NCBI GenBank assembly: GCA_051294905.1 | Contig: CM119371.1 | Location: 36,024,001-36,088,000, forward strand | Direction of reading: 5' to 3' | DNA length: 64,000 nt | Source of the DNA: Botryllus schlosseri | Taxonomy: Eukaryota | Shown here: piece after piece, positions 1 through 12,464 of the stretch | How positions within the stretch are numbered: the stretch's first letter is position 1 | Layout of the letters: every line of letters starts with the position of its first letter | The notes under the pieces: generated by a model | Database searches by the model: none | Seen by the model: the letters and a program-made list of their open reading frames with translations, nothing else | Told to the model about the DNA's origin: nothing | Made by a program: the position numbers and the translations under genes

Positions 1-508
1 GCATTTCGAATGACATCGTCAGAATTACGCAGAAGTATTACGGTACTCAACTCTGATCATATGTACTTATATTCTGGCATTTGAAGTAGAGCGATTGGTT
101 TATATTCTGGTAGGAGTATTTGTTAGTTCGAGTAGTACTGTATGTCTGTTGTGGAGCCTGATTTTGGATGGAAGATATGACTGAAGCAGCTGGGACCCGC
201 AAGGATCAGGATATACTGTCTGCTCTGCTGTCGTGCTGACATAAAACAATGTCGCTGACACACATCGGAAGTATCTTTTGGGAGAACCAGCAAGACTAAA
301 CAAAGCAGTGCACTTCATTGTTGCCTTATACAATGCTGTTTTATTAGCACTACTTCGCAACTGCGATGAAAGTGGATTTGGAAAATCACACGCGATTTTG
401 ACAAATAGTTGATGTCACATGTGCGCTATTTAGGGAACTAAGAGAAGTAACTATCAAATAAATTTTAGAGCAGCTCAACCGCAGTGACAAGATCGGTCAT
501 CCTCTACC

Positions 509-1030
509 CAGAGGTGGTCAACGTAGTCATTGTTGGGAACCGAGTAGAAGTAGAAGTAACTCCGTAATTTATAATCCAGTACAAGTAGAACTAATTACTT
601 CCAAGACAGGTTAAAAGTACTTCAAGTGGAAGTAGAAATAAATTTCTGAAAAGTAGTCAAGAAAGTCGTTACATGAAGTAGATTAGGTTGAGGGTTGCTC
701 AGTTTTAGAAATTTATGCGAGGTGACAGCTGTTAACATTGCACGGTGCATCTTCTTGATCAACGCATAAGAGTAATGGCACTAAAAATAAGTGCAATTTT
801 CACAAATTGATTTAGTTACCGTGGTACTGGGGCTATTATGCCCAGGTTTTATGACAACCTCACGCTTGAAGGGGAGGCGATCATGCGCCAAAGCTACTTT
901 CTAGTTGACAAGATGTCAAGTCTGACAAAAAGGTTCTGCCTAAAAAGTGTCAAGTAGAAGTGGGAGTAGCCTAAACTCATAATGACGCGAGTACTCAGGT
1001 AAAATAGTACTTCGCTGCTGACCACCTCTG
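509..1030. mobile_element. Non-autonomous TIR element (hAT-like MITE) with AGTAGAAGTA subterminal repeats
   Basis: Termini cagaggtggtca (509) and tgaccacctctg (1030); internal agtagaagta motifs; same family at 5639 and 15973. No clear TSD. Confidence 0.7.
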
Positions 1031-2109
1031 TATATTGGTTCAACCAACTCAGAAACATCCTCTAAAGACGACGAACATTGTTTCTTTTGCATTGACTTCG
1101 TAATACTCTGAACAAATGATATTCTTTGATTCATTGAATTTACAAATATACTTGGAAAGAAGTACAATTTATTAATTTTTGTTTTGCATTCGATGCCCAG
1201 AGCATGAAAAATAGTTGAAGAATGCATGTCAACCTTATCAAGTTCAATAACTGCCGACACTTTATGCCCATGTCTTTTCCTCTGCCTCCATAACCACCTG
1301 TCTGGACAGATTCATAGCATCTACGGAAGAGCGCTTATCTTGCTGTACGCAAATGAAATATTATTTTCATAGCAGCATCGGGAAAGAAGTTCAGGACAGT
1401 TAGTCAGTGGTCAGATCATCTGCTGACATTTCTGTCGGCATGACACCACACTGCTTTTTACCGCATAATTGGCTCCAGGCTGAATTTTTTACGAGGGCAT
1501 CATCAATTTCTTAGTTGCCTATGTTCAGCTCTCTTGGGATAATCCATCAGATCATTAATTCGTATACATGTGCTATGTCTTGAAACTCAAGATATTTGCA
1601 CTGTGCCAAACAGTAAAGTAATCCAATCCAGGCAATCAATCAAGTAATCCAGATAGATTGTTGCATCATCGGTTGGAGCTGATGATCATTTTTCTTCGGG
1701 TAGTGGCACTTGGTAGCATGACAGAATGATCAATAACTTGTAATATAGGTATAGAGGTCTAAATATTTTGAATTGTTTACTGAGAAACCATACAATAGCA
1801 TAGGATGTTTAATATATATATATATTGTATGTAGCATGTTGCATGAATTTCCAATACATCAACGTACTGACAGTCATTGTCTCTTCAGGCTTAAAAATAG
1901 CGGTATCCTATATATATTGCAAACGATATCAATCATCAAAATACTGCAATGATTACCAACTACCACTATACAATACACTTATAGTAGGCTATGCAGTGCT
2001 GCATTAAATATCACGTAGTCAATCAAGTGGAGCTAATAAAATCAGCATTTTATAAGGCAACAATGAAGTGCACTGCAAGTGATTTGGAGGTCAGGGTATG
2101 CGTATATCA

Positions 2110-3095
2110 CACAGTCACGGGAGATAACGCGGCTATTTACGGGGCCGAATTTACTGAGGACGGAATTCAATCGGTAAATTCGGCCCTCGGACAATTTTGT
2201 GTAAAATTGTATTACCATAGTGTCCTATATGGTGTCGACACAAGCAAATCTCACGCCTCAGTGAAATTGTATCACGTCACAATTTCCATTTGACTACAGG
2301 CAATTTGACGGTCATTTTTGACCGGCTTGCCGAGCATTAAATTCGGTAAAACAGGTATCAAACGAAAGCTGACTCTGCACTGATTACGAAAATATAAATT
2401 TTATTCCGCTCGTGGCCCTGGAACTCCCACAGTCAGCCTCTAATTTTTCATTGTTATGGAGATTGGCATTGGGACGCAACAATGCTGTCTGGCGAAACGA
2501 GAGACGCAACAATGCTGTCTGGGTCCCTTTCTCTTGAGCTACTATATCGTTTCGCCAGACAGCATTGTTACGTCCCAATGCCAACCTCCATAACAATGAA
2601 AAATTAGAGGCTGATTGTCGGGGTTCCAGGGCCGCGAGCGGAATAAAATTTATATTTTCGTAATCAGTGCAAAGTCAGCTTTCGATTGATACCCATTTCA
2701 TCAAAGTTAATGCTCGGCAAGCCGGTCAAAAATGACCGTCAAATTGCCAGTAGCCAAATGGAAATTGTGACGTGATACAATTTCACTGAGGCGTGAGATT
2801 TGCCTGTGTCGACACCATATAGGACACTATGGTATTACCAACTATTATTGTGAATTACATTACATAATTATATTATTATCAAGTGATTAGGAGGTTAGGG
2901 TTAGGCTAGGGTTAGGGTGAGGATTAGGGTTAGGTTAGGGTTAAGGTTAGGTAATGTTATTGTAACTGTTATTGTAACCCTGTTTCTAGCCAAGTCACTG
3001 AACTATGACTTTGAGTGACTTTGGCCCTGGTCGAATTTACCGGAGGCCGAATTTACAGAGGGCCGAATTTACCGAGGGCCGAATTCACTTGAAAT
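2110..3095. mobile_element. Non-autonomous repeat element with GGCCGAATTTAC repeats and a GGGTTA-like tract; hosts a foldback insertion
   Basis: ggccgaattt(a/c) motifs at about 2142-2186 and 3030-3090; degenerate (GGGTTA)n at about 2893-2952. Boundaries approximate; superfamily not assigned. Confidence 0.45.
2216..2831. mobile_element. Foldback (long-TIR) non-autonomous DNA transposon, P-element-like
   Basis: Arms of about 285 bp are near-perfect reverse complements around a spacer of about 45 bp; termini CATAG...CTATG; 7-bp direct repeat gtattac on both sides (2209-2215, 2832-2838). Confidence 0.8.
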
Positions 3096-3269
3096 CAGCA
3101 CCATATGTCCGTATACTTCATAGTTTGTTATTGTTGCCATTGGTACAATGCGAATTTGATGGTCTGTGACCTTAAATATCATCAAACTTCACTATCAAAT
3201 CACTTTCAAAAGCTACCATGCGGTGGAAGATCAGCTAATATGTCAGATTTCCATTTCATAAAACATGGC

Positions 3270-4331
3270 TTAACTAGTGGTCCGTGGACTCTTCGGGGTA
3301 CGAAGCAACATATTCGGGGGTACGAGATACATGGAGGAATTGGCCTATATGTTATGTAGAGTTTAAATTAATTTGCAAACCAACAAAATGTGGAATATTT
3401 TTCAGGCTAATTTACCCAATATTTCCAATTCTAACTCCCAAACAGTCATACATGTCAATCAACTGTCACGCCACAATTGAAAATCCGTGACGTAATGGTA
3501 GCACTAATATATGGGATTCGTAGTGTGTACCATATTCTTCTGCCCACATGCGTAGGTGGAGTCAAACATGGTCACTACATCAGTACATATCCACTGCAGG
3601 GTGTGATACGTCAGTGACGTCGGGTTATAATAGGGTACAGGCAAGTAAGGCATTGCCTCACATGTCGTCAGGGATGAGTGAGGTAAAATTGTTAAACCTT
3701 CACTGATTGTTACTGGTATTTTTCATCAATGCTTATGAGTGATTCGATTGTCGACATTTCTATTCCCAAATTCACGGAATTTTCATATTTATTGTTCTAA
3801 AATATAGCGAGAAATGAGGGTTAAGGCGCAGAAGAGACACAGACGGGCCAAGCCTCGCCTGCATTAGGGCACCTTATGGTAAATACCTTTGAATTCATCA
3901 CCATACTGACCATATTCAAATGAAATTGGCGCGCTCATTCCGAAAATCTAAATATTGATCGATTTCGAAAGTATTAGGCGTAACATAACGCTACACATCT
4001 TTGTGGCAGTTCTAGCCAACTACTTACGTTACCAATCAAGAACTTGGATAGCTATTGCGTTGTTTTTAATTTGAATGTAACTTCCTAGGAAGTTACTTTT
4101 AACGACGTACATCAGGAGAACAATGTGTATTTGAAAACTGTTTTGTCCTACAAGCGTCGCCACGTCACGGTTGAAGGTATCAACCAAGGTACCGTGCAAT
4201 CCAGGATTTCGAGGTGCGCGATGACGGGTAGATCGAATTCGCCAATGGTGTAAGTCGCCGGCGTAACAGCAACTTAAATTTGAGGATTTTGAAAAGAGGG
4301 GTACGAATCCCTAATCCTGGTTACCCCACTG
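3270..4331. mobile_element. Degenerate hAT (Charlie/Buster-like) MITE with GGGGTACG subterminal motifs
   Basis: ggggtacg at about 3295, 3317 and 4298; ends ...ccccactg; resembles the element at 39109-39798. Confidence 0.45.
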
Positions 4332-4613
4332 TCTTGACTTCTCAAAGAAATGTTTATGCTGCCACGAGAATAATTATTCCTGCCGTCTTTAAAATTAACG
4401 TACACGTTGCTGCAATATTTATAAATTAGTTACAAAATTATAAATTGGTCAGAGAGCCATATCTTATACCCAAAGAGCCATAGGTTCCCGACCACTGAAC
4501 TAGTCGTTGAAAATTGTGGGACCGTGACTGCAATGGCACTGATACGCATGTTTGGCAATATCTACTTTCTACAGATCTTCTGTGAAGAGACCGCCAAATT
4601 CTTTGAGTATAGC

Positions 4614-5290
4614 CAGGGTCACTAACCTTTTTGCAACCAAGAGCTACACGTTGGGTACTGATTGAGGCGACGGGCTACCATTTACTCCCGTCGTTTACCC
4701 GTACCAGACAGAATGTTCCCTTTGATAATCATAGCACTGGGCAGGAATCACACTGCGGTAAGACTTCTAAGAGAGTCAAAAGTGTGTTGACTCAACACAT
4801 CTTATTTCAACTAGCTAGCCACTATGATTTTTTTAGAAATCATGAATTACTTCGCACCATGTTTGTATCAACTATACAGCAACAGTCAATTCGAATTTTG
4901 AAATATATCATGTCACACTTTAGACTTGACAAGTGGACATCATGTTATCCGTTTCTATAACAGTCAGTGGTGAATGTATGAGTGAGTGTATGAACTAGTG
5001 CGCTGTACTCTGGTATGTAACTTTACACTGCAACTCTGAGTGAGTGTTCCAGATGTGCATTAGTGAGTCGTGTTCTGTGTTTGTTTTTGATGAAGTTAAT
5101 CTCCGAAAAGGCAGATTCACAACAATAAGTTGAACCAAATACGCTTGCAACCTTCATAGCTGCTGGGCATGCACCACTGTACTTTTCCGTGTCAGCAAGG
5201 CGCCAAAAGTTTGATAGGCCTACTGCCTGGTGCACATTGAGGTGAAGGCCATTTTGCAGCGTTACAATTTCAATCTACAACTGTTCAGCA
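4614..5290 (-). pseudogene. hAT (Buster/GTF2IRD2-like) transposase C-terminal dimerisation-domain remnant with one terminus
   Basis: ORF 5023-5235 has KVASVFGSTYCCESAFSEINFIKNKHRTRLTNAHLEHSLR, the typical hAT dimerisation motif; TIR-like cagggtcactaacc at 4614. Confidence 0.85.
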
Positions 5291-5638
5291 TCCAGACATG
5301 ACAGATTTCATTTTACCGGATAGCAGCAACGATTACCGGAAGTTAGAAACATGGTACCAACTTGCGTTGAGTGTCGTAGAATCAAGCTATGTCAAAAGAT
5401 GCAATACGTAATGGGCATACAGATATTGAAAATCTCCCGGTACTTCACGGCTATCTGTTACCCAATAGTAATATTATTTACTATTTTAGCATCGTCCTGG
5501 ACGTCGAGCTAACATAAAACAGAACTTTCCGCCATTTCAAGAAGGTCGTGAATCGCATTCCGTCATGTTGCCTGTATAGGCAGTGGGCCGTATCCGACGT
5601 CTTCATTATCTTGTGATTATATTACATGTTGGTATTAC

Positions 5639-5865
5639 CAGAGGTTGTCAACGCAGTCAAGAAAGCTACTCAAGTAGAAGCAGAAGTAACGACGAAAAAA
5701 TCTACTCAAGCACGAGTAGAAGTACTTCTTCCATTAGCCACCTAAACTACTTGAAGTAGAAGTAGAATTGACTGACTTTAAATCAACTCAAGTGAGTAAG
5801 TCGTTTTGAAAACAGTTTTATTTCGTTCGCATTGGCTGTCAAAAGCTGCAAATTGAGCTATGCGG
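5639..5865 (+). mobile_element. Partial copy of the AGTAGAAGTA MITE
   Basis: cagaggttgtcaacg terminus; reverse complement matches about 17010-17200. Confidence 0.65.
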
Positions 5866-5921
5866 AAGGTGCAGAGAGCTTGATTCGTACTGATGCATCC
5901 CAGGAGTTATCACTTCTCGGC

Positions 5922-6107
5922 AACATCTTCCAGATTGATTTCAATGACACATGGCGTACTCCGATAGATGACTCCGGCAATTTTCCGGACACATGGTCAC
6001 AGTCAGGAAGGTATGGTAACATCTTCATGATTGATTTCAATGACACAAGGCGTACTCCGATAGATGACTCCGGCAATTTTCCGGACATATGGTGACAGTC
6101 AGGAAGG
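5922..6107. repeat. Tandem duplication, period 96 bp (two copies)
   Basis: aacatcttc...gattgatttcaatgacac...agtcaggaagg at 5922-6011 and 6018-6107. Confidence 0.9.
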
Positions 6108-6194
6108 CACCAACGGTATTAGTTTTCGATTTGCATTACACAATCATATGTTCACGTTCACAGCGGAAGGTTTTATAAAACTTCGTGTTCACAA

Positions 6195-6844
6195 CAGTGG
6201 TGGGATGACTCGAGTCAACTTTTTGGTATGACTTGACTCGACTCGAGTAACTTTGCAAAAATGATTTGACTTGACTTGACTCAGCGGATTGAAACAAAAT
6301 ATCCTCCATTGTTACATCACAAATAAATTGACCGCGAACGAAATGATCACAGTTTGCGTTAATGTACTAAGTAGTAGATTAAACTAATAGCAACGTATCT
6401 CTCTTTCTTGGACGACTCAGTGCATCAATTGCGCAGTGCTCACTTTAGCCAACCCTCTTGTATGAGTTGAATCGAACGAATATTTTTATGCGTTTATATT
6501 TTCGCGGATGTGTGGAGGGGTAGTGAATTGAACCATATCAATTTGTTACAACTTATCGGGCTTCGCAATCGATCCTCTATTTGGGCTCATCTATTTTATT
6601 AGCAGTGTTACGTGTACGTGAGCGATACAACGTCATTTTGCATGTATATTTAACTTCGTATTCGCTATTTGATTCAAGATAAATGATCAATCAATATGTC
6701 TTTCACACAACTAGCCAAATGTAATGACTTCGAATCATCACTGAAACTTCGAAAATTCGATTTGACTTGACTTGACTCGAGTCACCTTCAAAACACGAGT
6801 GACCAGACTTGACTTGAAAATCGATCGACTTGACTTGAACACTG
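6195..6844. mobile_element. hAT MITE with GACTCGAGTC/GACTT repeats
   Basis: cagtg...cactg termini; 8-bp TSD gttcacaa/gttcataa; absent from the paralogous segment near 23390. Confidence 0.8.
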
Positions 6845-7560
6845 GTTCATAAGAACCATAGCCATTTAGGGCAGGGGTTGCTAACCAGTGGTTCATGTAC
6901 CCTTATCCGGTGTGAAACACCAAAGCACGCTTACGACATGCAGTGGGAATTGATTAGTACATTTTTGTTTTTTTAATTTTGGAAACCAGTTACCTGGTTA
7001 TTAGACGATAACAACAACAACTGTTTTAAGCTGTTGTGGATGCTCGCTTGGTAGACTACTTCAGGTCGTTTCTACTAGTTCCAATATCTTCATTTTATGG
7101 CAATCATTTTTGTTTCGAAATGTGATATAGTTTTCAACAAACTAAGCTGGGCTGATCCAAAATTCGGGTCTCACATTTCACCTGTACCTCATATTCCCCC
7201 GTGCTACTGACAAGAGAGGCCAACCACAACTATGCAGAGCACATAGAAGTCGATCGCAACCCCGAATCATTTTATTATTACGAATAAGAGCCAGATGTTA
7301 AAATAATAGTAGCATCCGGTTTACCTCCGCGTTGTCGATGAGAACTTCACTAATACTCAGCAGTATGTTGATAACACTATGAATTGAAGAACAGACACTC
7401 TAAGCCTGGGCGATATGATTGGTGGCGTAGCCTACGTAAATGATATTGAGATTTAGATCCTACTCTTACACATATCTATTCAAATGGTGACAACTTTTTT
7501 TTTATATCAAAAACGAAATTACTGCATTCGACCAGCGAAGACACCTTTATACGCAGGTCG

Positions 7561-8379
7561 CTATATATATATCGACTTTTCAATTAGATAAAATATAAAG
7601 GGCAAAAGAAAACATGATACAAAATAACATCGAGATAATCAGTTTTGGGCTCGTGTTCAGCGTCTCCAACGTAGGCGGTCGTGGGCGTCTTCACGCGACA
7701 GCCCGCGTTGCGCTAGATCAGTCTCCATTGTCGAGTGCCATGTTTTCCGATTCCAGCCACCTCTGCGCCATGGCTCCGTGGGAATGTGATTGATGATGGC
7801 GGCGGCTGGTTTCTCGTCTTGATGCCGCACTAGATGGCCGATTAGGCGGAAGCGTCGTTCAGCTACCAGTAGACGGCACGGGACCGTTCCTGTGAGTTCT
7901 CGCATTGCATTCGTGGATATATGCTCCGGATGGTGAATGCCGAGTGCATAGCGGAGGAGTGCGTCGTAGTTAGCGTTGAGCGTCTTAGCCAGCTTCTCTG
8001 TCAGTGTGAGTGCCTCTATTCCGCTCGACATTGGCACGGAAGATACGGGTCTTGAGCTGGGTTGAGGCACTTGAATGGAAGAGGCTATGTAGCCGTCTTG
8101 CCGCGCCCCAGGCCTTTGCTCGCCTCGCCTTGAGCGCTTTTCCGGAGTCAACGGCGTCAATACCGAGGATTACAAAACTCGTTACATACTTGATATCGAT
8201 TTCTCCCAGTTGAATTGGTGTCGCGTTCTTCGGTAGAGCTGGTATGGCCAGAACCTCAGTCTTCTTGGCGTTGATCTGGAGGCCAACAAGAGCGGCGGTG
8301 GCCTCTAGCTGATTAATGAGGCGCTGTGCCGATGCGGTGTTCGGAGCAAGCAAGGCTAGGTCGTCTGCGTAGGCCGCGG
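7561..8379 (-). mobile_element. 5'-truncated RTE-clade non-LTR retrotransposon (RT C-terminal part, frameshifted)
   Basis: YADDLALLA...GLQINAKKTEVL (ORF 7985-8401) continues after a frameshift into LLRYALGIH...RRFRLIGHLVR...DRLRWRR (ORF 7657-8160); GC-rich; paralogous flank near 20215-20235 lacks it. Confidence 0.85.
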
Positions 8380-8989
8380 CGTAGCTGCAGAGCAGAGTCA
8401 TATTATTACTAGACCACTAGACCAGTGTTAATTTAACCATGGAAGTCACCGTATAGAATACAGTCTCCATACCATCACATTCATCATTTATCGAATCCTT
8501 TGCAGTTGGAAATATTATTTACCTATAGCAGACTACTCATGAACGAAATGCATGAAATGGATCTTTGTTTCAGCTATATGTAATACTGAATCCAAAATTA
8601 AAATCAAGTGCATGGGGTGCTGGAATCTTCATAAGTCAGTAGAAAAGACGAAAATTGGCATGTTTTAGAACAGGGGTCACCATCACGCGGCCTGCCAAGT
8701 CATATGCTGCGGCCCGCGACCTGATTTGATATTTAAGAAGAAAGCTAAGAAAACCAATTTGAAATGCTGAAATTAACTTCAGTTTCAACATGTTGTTGTT
8801 GCTTCAAAATAAGCTATTCTCTTGTGCCCAACATCACTATTCGTCATTATAGCTAAAACGGCTGTGGTGATGGCAACAACATTCCACCGAGGGAGAATCA
8901 GCTGATGTGAATGGGCATTGGGCATATTGTCTTGCCTTGCAATGGCCCAAACACTGCCAAGACCGAGACGCATAGAAAACGGCTTAGGG

Positions 8990-9281
8990 CAGTGGTTCCC
9001 AAACTGGGGAGCGCGCGCCCCTTGTGGGGAGGCGAAAGCATCTGAAAGGGAGGCGCTAAAAAGAATTTTTTTTCACGCTCCGCGCGATTTACCTCTATTT
9101 CATAGTTAGTGCTATGTGTATAGTCCGGAATTCATCTGATAGAATTATGTTATCAACAGCCATATCCTCCCATGCCATCAAACTAGCCGCTGGGATTTCT
9201 AGCATTCTGGATGCATTTCGTGATATGACAATTTTTCAGTATCATAAAGGGGTGTGTGTCTAAAAAATTTGAGAACCACTG
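8990..9281. mobile_element. hAT Charlie-like MITE
   Basis: cagtggttcccaaac...gagaaccactg; TSD-like gcttaggg/gcctaagg; family members at 34950-35266 and about 56291-56606; absent from paralog near 18210. Confidence 0.8.
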
Positions 9282-9379
9282 GCCTAAGGTTTTCCCACAA
9301 GATCATGCTTTACGTGGAGATAGTCTTTCAGCTAGTAACGTGAATCGCTAGTCCCAATATTGATTCCTTAGTCCGTAGT

Positions 9380-10838
9380 AAAGACGAAAATTGGCATGTT
9401 TTAAAACAGCAGTAGCGCAATGACAAAAACGAGGCATTGCAATGAAGTTGCTATTCGTCTGGACGAAGTTATGTATAGACAAGTCCTTCTCAATTGTTGT
9501 GCGGTGGAACACTAGGGTTTCTCTGAACCAATATCAAGGGATCTCTGGAGGTTAAGAAACATACTTTACTCATACATTTGACATGCGATGAAACGGCCGT
9601 CTTAACTATCATTGGTTGCAGGTAAATAGGCATGACTTGTAGTCGCATTGTCACTGTTGTGGTGAAACGTCGTATGCAGTGGAGTATGCGCAGGAAAGGT
9701 TTAGTTCCGATATCGTAACCCAGTACTTCTGAAATGCCAATTCTATATCCAATATTTATAAGCTCACTGGTAATTAGGAAATATGTTTTCACGCTGTTGC
9801 GTTTCGACCGCATTTCAAAACTGGTATCGTAAAGGAACAGTGGAAGTGACGCTGATTCGTAATAAATATTCCTTATGATGTTTTCTTTTCATGTGAAAAT
9901 TAAATTTTATTGATCTTATTCTTTTAGCAATATATTTATAGACGGTTAATTGCTCGCGCCAGCAATCTAAATCAATGTTTAGAAATGTAGATAGATGTGT
10001 ATTGTGGTCCATTTTTGTTTTTATACGTCGACGAAACTTTGGGGTTCCGCGAAGGCTTACAGATTAAAGTACGTGTTTCCGGGTTATCAAAAGACAGGAA
10101 ACACTGTTCTATACATAATATCAATACAACATGCCAATCAAGTTTGGTCTAGTCTTCATGTAAAGTTGGATATGTAAGTCAAAATATCATTACTTGACTT
10201 AGGCGTGGTATAATGGTTGGTGTTTCGACGCCAATTTACCAGGCGTCGAACCCTGCCTGCTGCACTAAATCTGCTTCCCGAACTCGGCCAACCTTGCGTA
10301 TTAGTCTTGTATTCAATCTTACACAACCGAGCACTCCGAATTGAACAAGGCTTTGGTTGAAACATGAAGAATGAAGATGCGTAATCGAGAGAGATTCGTA
10401 ATAGTGCTTGCTCGTCCGTTGCTCGATGGAATGGAGCGCGAAACAGCGGTAATGAGGGCAATTTATATACTAGCGAAAAGATAATTAAAGAGTAATCAAA
10501 CAATCAAAATCACTAAAATTCGTACAAATCACTAAAATCGTAAATTTACAATGATTGGAAAAACGAATACAAATAAGGACAGTTATATTGGCGAACTGGT
10601 TCCTCTAAAAACGTACTCAAATATAAAGGCTAGCAAATAACATGCGCAATCGCAAACAGTCGTTAACCAATAAACTATAGTACAAGAAACGGAAAATAAA
10701 TTTGTCAAAATATTATAATGATTATAGCAACAAAAATACGTACAATTTCCACCGCAAATATGATAGTGAACGTTTGATGAAGTGTAGTGAGCGTATTTGA
10801 GCGATGAAAATTGTAATGGTATCGTAGATATGCACAAT
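9380..10838. repeat. Downstream flank of the Kelch duplication unit
   Basis: Collinear homology with 34145-34770 plus 36855-37222 and with 47650-49445; short part also at 30098-30200 (reverse complement). Confidence 0.85.
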
Positions 10839-12464
10839 CTATATCTTCACAATAGCAGATCTGTAAATTTTAAAACATTGATCTGCCTTTGGTTTTACTG
10901 TAATCCATTTGTCATTTGTTATATCGTACTTTTCAAGTTCATTACAGGTTTCGAAATCTGATACTGTCAAAATCCAGTTGCCAACGTGATAAGCAGAAAC
11001 CAAATTATGACCAGCATTCATAGATGACAATGAAGTCCACTGAGCGGAAGGAACATCATAACATTCTACATTGTTTACTTTCTTATTTCTCCTGTATCCA
11101 CCGATCACAAATATATTTTGGTTTACTGCAATAACACCACTCCTGCACACGGGAAATCTCATTGATTGGAGGTCAACCCACTCGGTTGTGGATGGAGTGA
11201 ATCTACAGAATGCAGAAACGGCGACACCATCTTCTCTGCCTCCAATACAATAGATTGAATCGTTCAATGATATTAGACTTGCTGATGCAATTGCTGTAGG
11301 TTTGTCTTTCAGTTGACACCATTGATTTGCAGAGGAATGAAACGTCTCCACAGCACTTGATGTCACCGGAGAACTTCCACCGATAACGAATATTGACCCC
11401 GACAAAGAAACGGAGCGAGGATAGTCTCCGTGGTTGCTATTCATATCCTTCATCTTTTCCCACTTTGAATTTCTGATCTGAAAGTTCAGCCGGTGGACTG
11501 ATTTATTCCGACATAAAACATAAATGCATGAGTCGATAGCAATAGTACCGAAATGTTTGAAATGCTTGAACTTTTCATCATGGAACCTATCTACTTTCTC
11601 AGTTATTGGATTGAAGGATCGGATGCAATTCGTGTCATTATCGAAAAGAAGTATTAATTCATGTTTGTCAATTTCTTCCCCCGTTTTAACTGGTCTCTTC
11701 GCAGCTTTTAGAAGATGCTGATTGATAAATTTGTACAACGCCAAATCGTTGCTGATAATTGTATGAGTTTCCAACAAATGCTGCAAAAATGCCGCGGAGA
11801 TTTCATCAAATTTTATTACTTCAAGACATTCTTGAAAATTCAATTTCTTCTTCTGATTATACTCAATCCACTTTAGAGAAAGGATTAGCTTTTCTTTCTC
11901 GCATATTTTGGAGTTCCCGGACTTCAAAATTGCGAGAATGTGGTTTTTCTCAACATTTCCAAATTCAGGTTGGTTTGAGATTTCCATGATATTTTCATGA
12001 AAGAATACTTCGCATTTCGCGGAAATAGCGTCCAGTCTATACATATCCGCTACATGTCTTGTAGAGAAGTAACTCACTGCAGTTATTGTTTCCGCTAAAA
12101 TATCAGAAACTTCATGTTTCACATCTTCCATCTGCATAAGGCATGCGACCTGAAGAAGATCGTTAATCTTTTCGTCCGAAATCTCAAAATTACCCGAATA
12201 TATGAAATCAATGCAATTTTTCAAACATTCCGAATCCACGTCTTTGAAAACGACTCTTCCTTCACGATGTTCTTTCGTGTCGTGTTTCAGCATAGCTTTG
12301 AAATAAACCGAACCAGCCGACAATACATTTTTGTGGGTGTAATAGACATCATCTCCGACTTGAACTATAAAATCACAGTGATCATTTTCTCGTTTCATTT
12401 GATGTAATTCTTTCATCATCTTCAATGCATGTTTCTCCACATTAGGACGTATGACGTATACCAT
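10839..12464 (-). CDS. BTB-BACK-Kelch protein (KLHL-like), intronless, copy 1
   Basis: 541-aa ORF; BTB motifs CDFIVQVG..YYTHKNVLSAGSVYFKAML and IDFIYSG; BACK region; Kelch repeats IFVIGG, IYCIGG, VECYD...W. Confidence 0.95.
   Translation of the reverse strand: MVYVIRPNVEKHALKMMKELHQMKRENDHCDFIVQVGDDVYYTHKNVLSAGSVYFKAMLKHDTKEHREGRVVFKDVDSECLKNCIDFIYSGNFEISDEKINDLLQVACLMQMEDVKHEVSDILAETITAVSYFSTRHVADMYRLDAISAKCEVFFHENIMEISNQPEFGNVEKNHILAILKSGNSKICEKEKLILSLKWIEYNQKKKLNFQECLEVIKFDEISAAFLQHLLETHTIISNDLALYKFINQHLLKAAKRPVKTGEEIDKHELILLFDNDTNCIRSFNPITEKVDRFHDEKFKHFKHFGTIAIDSCIYVLCRNKSVHRLNFQIRNSKWEKMKDMNSNHGDYPRSVSLSGSIFVIGGSSPVTSSAVETFHSSANQWCQLKDKPTAIASASLISLNDSIYCIGGREDGVAVSAFCRFTPSTTEWVDLQSMRFPVCRSGVIAVNQNIFVIGGYRRNKKVNNVECYDVPSAQWTSLSSMNAGHNLVSAYHVGNWILTVSDFETCNELEKYDITNDKWITVKPKADQCFKIYRSAIVKI

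Noticed and set aside
2893..2952. Telomere or chromosome-fusion site
   Set aside because: Short, degenerate, single-orientation GGGTTA-like tract inside a repeat element.
10156..10503. 115-aa ORF with a relative at 48776-49045
   Set aside because: Non-ATG starts, different ends, deleted in unit 3 and no recognisable motif; explained by flank duplication.
11071..12407. Antisense ORFs overlapping the Kelch genes, recurring in several copies
   Set aside because: Shadow frames of the conserved coding strand; no recognisable domains.
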